A stretch of DNA of 63,700 nucleotides, filler included, from Chiloscyllium plagiosum (Eukaryota): the NCBI RefSeq assembly GCF_004010195.1. It is 4 parts of one record of this genome, joined end to end, with 100 filler letters (N's around TTAATTAATTAA, not from the genome) between each part and the next. Parts side by side here need not be neighbours in the genome. Positions count along the whole stretch, not along the records: positions 57,048 to 63,700 come from NC_057710.1; 3 more parts are not named here. One strand, written 5' to 3'. Shown piece after piece: positions 61,497 through 63,700 of this stretch. The notes beneath the pieces were generated by a model. It saw only the letters and a list, made by a program, of their open reading frames with translations. It searched no databases and had not been told where the DNA came from. Numbering within the stretch: the stretch's first letter is position 1; every line of letters starts with the position of its first letter. The position numbers and the translations under genes were made by a program.

Positions 61497-62415
61497 AATC
61501 TTCAAAGAATTAACTGATGTTTTGAAGTGTGATTAGTTCACGTCACATGTTATGCTTTTGTAGGATTGAGCAAAAATCCCTCTCATTGAAAATACTGGAC
61601 CAAAACTCTGGACCTTTCAAAACTTTTAAAGGTAAAAAGGCAGCTGGGCTGGGAAAAATACCAGACACTGAGATAATTGCCTGGAACCATTTTCAGCCGG
61701 AAAATCCAATTCATATCCCGACTCCAAAAGAACAATCAATCAGACCTAACATTCTAGATTGAAACTAACGTTACCCTTTAACCTACACCAACCCAGACAC
61801 TAAGGGGCCCGTACAAATACCAAGGCATTCAACTTTAATTAATATTCATTCGAAGGTATCGGGCATTCAACCTCAATCAAAATATATTCACACATCCTCT
61901 TAACTGTCAGGAAACCAATTCACCTCAAAGGGAACACCAGTAACAGAATGGCTAGTGCAGATTTGGCGTGAAAATAACAGACCTGTTATTAGTTTCATTG
62001 CAGGCTCTAATTTCACCTGAAAACGCTCTTTCTGCAGCTACTACCAGGATAAGCATCCCAAGGAGTTAGAGCCAGAGAGGTATTCCTCATCGCTATCTCC
62101 AGAAACCTACCGATCCTATTCCTAACTGGGGGAAACAACAGCAACTGACCACAACCAGCAGACCTGAGAAACAACAACCTCTGAAAACCATCGATCTGAT
62201 TGACAAGGCCTTAGATGCGGCAAGCAGGAAAAACCACCTGTACTTCAAAATCACAAGTTCTCCCCAGTAGTGACCTTAAATTCCCGAGAACACAAAGTTT
62301 CCAACCTAGTGAATAGGGAGGGGGAAGTTTGGTAACGACAGTGCAGGAACCCCAAAGTTAGGAAGTCTGATTAAAGTTTCTGTGATTAAAACTAGTGTTT
62401 AGTTTCTAATACTAC

Positions 62416-63700
62416 TTTTTTTATAATATACTTTTATTAAGAAAAAATAGATTTTTAAATATTACAACAAATACAAAACAATGCAATTCAAAACAGTACA
62501 AAAATAGTACAAAACCAAACCCAAATAATAAAAAAGAAATTCCCCAGCCCACCCTCCTATATGAATGTATAAACAGATATAGAGAAGTATAAAATTTTAA
62601 AAAAACTAAACTAGCTATTTAAATAACTAAATAAATACCTAACCACTAACAAATAAATAGTAATAACTCAGCCCAGCCAAACAAAACACTCATACATTCA
62701 CAGTTCCTCCTCCCTGGATATTGGACTCATGAAACAATCGTTACAGCTTTATAAAAGCCCTTGTTAGTGTGGCAGATAAATCTGTGTCCAGGTATTTCAA
62801 AAAGGGTGGCCATGTCTTGTAAAAATTCTCAGTTTTGTGGTGTACCATATTTGTGAGAAAATCCAGGGGAATATGCTCCATAACAATCTTCCACCAACCT
62901 GACAGGCCTGGGGGTTTTTCTGATATCCAACCTAGCAAGATATTCTTCCTTGCACAGAATGTAAGAATATTGAAAAGTTTTTCCTTATGCGATTCTGCAG
63001 GAAATACATTGGGTGGGCCCAAAAGGAGTGAAATAGGGTCCTTCTCCACCCCTACACCTATAATCCTCTCCATTGCACCCACCACAGCGCTCCAATATGT
63101 TTGAAGCCTGTCACAAGACCAAAGACAATGGGTAAGAGTACCCATACAGACCTTGCACTTGGGACATGCTGAAGATACCCCTGGTTTAAATTTTGACAAA
63201 CGGTCTGGGGCTAAGTGGACCTTACAGAGAATCTTCAACTGTAAAGCATGGGTCCTATTGATATCTTCCTTGCATTCTCCCAAATATCCTCCCATGCCTC
63301 TGAAGAATCTTCAACACTCAGCTCTCTTTCCCACATCTTGCAGAGTCGATCAGACTCATCTGAGGTGGCACCCCCCAATTGGTGATATAGAGTACTGACA
63401 GAGAGTCTACTCTTAGCCCTTAGTACCCCTCTTTCTGTGTCAGATTTGTAGGGATCAGTCAAAAGTGTGGTCTTTTTTGGAATAAAATCCCTAATTTGAA
63501 AAAAACAAAAGAGGTCTCTATTAGGTAACTCGTACTTCTGTACTAACTGATCGAAGGACATCATTACATCTCCCTTAAATAAATCACCCATGCAAGATAT
63601 ACCCCTCGCTGCCCAACGTTTAAATCCTGAATCTATCATACCTGGTTTAAAACTCGGCATACCCACTAAAGGTGTAAACAAAGATGTTTTGCCAATATTA
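62416..63700 (-). mobile_element. L1-clade LINE ORF2 C-terminus, 3'UTR and poly(A)
   Basis: ORFs 63235..63681 and 62741..63295 (frameshifted) with CCHC knuckle CPKCKVCMGTLTHCLWSC; minus-strand AATAAA at 62433-38 and A-run at 62416-22; continues past the window end. Confidence 0.9.

Noticed and set aside
61760..62400. Possible LTR or ERV-like segment
   Set aside because: No TG..CA pair with TSD, primer-binding site or coding motif identified.

Overview
This is eukaryotic, repeat-dense DNA with no recognisable host gene (intergenic or deep intronic). The repeats suggest a cartilaginous fish, probably a shark: HE1-like V-SINE, Deu-domain SINE relics, abundant CR1 LINEs, Rex1/Babar, RTE, L1 and Penelope-like elements (PLEs). 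Almost every informative ORF in the track is a decayed retrotransposon fragment. The main signal is roughly 20 PLE-derived insertions from at least four sequence families, most carrying an intact or decayed minimal type I hammerhead ribozyme motif. The motif reads CUGANGA, one extra nucleotide, stem II, GAAA, a palindromic loop-less helix III and an NUH triplet, and the stems change sequence between families while keeping their pairing. Many copies are tiny (90-210 bp), non-coding, usually fold-back insertions with 11-16 bp target-site duplications (TSDs) and two fixed outward-facing 3' ends that differ by a ~25-35 nt tail. One has its empty pre-insertion site preserved in a neighbouring local duplication. 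Also present are two L1 5' ends with a YY1-type motif, three local duplications, three artificial N44-TTAATTAATTAA-N44 spacers and one long N gap. All family names come from motif recognition by eye; no search was run.
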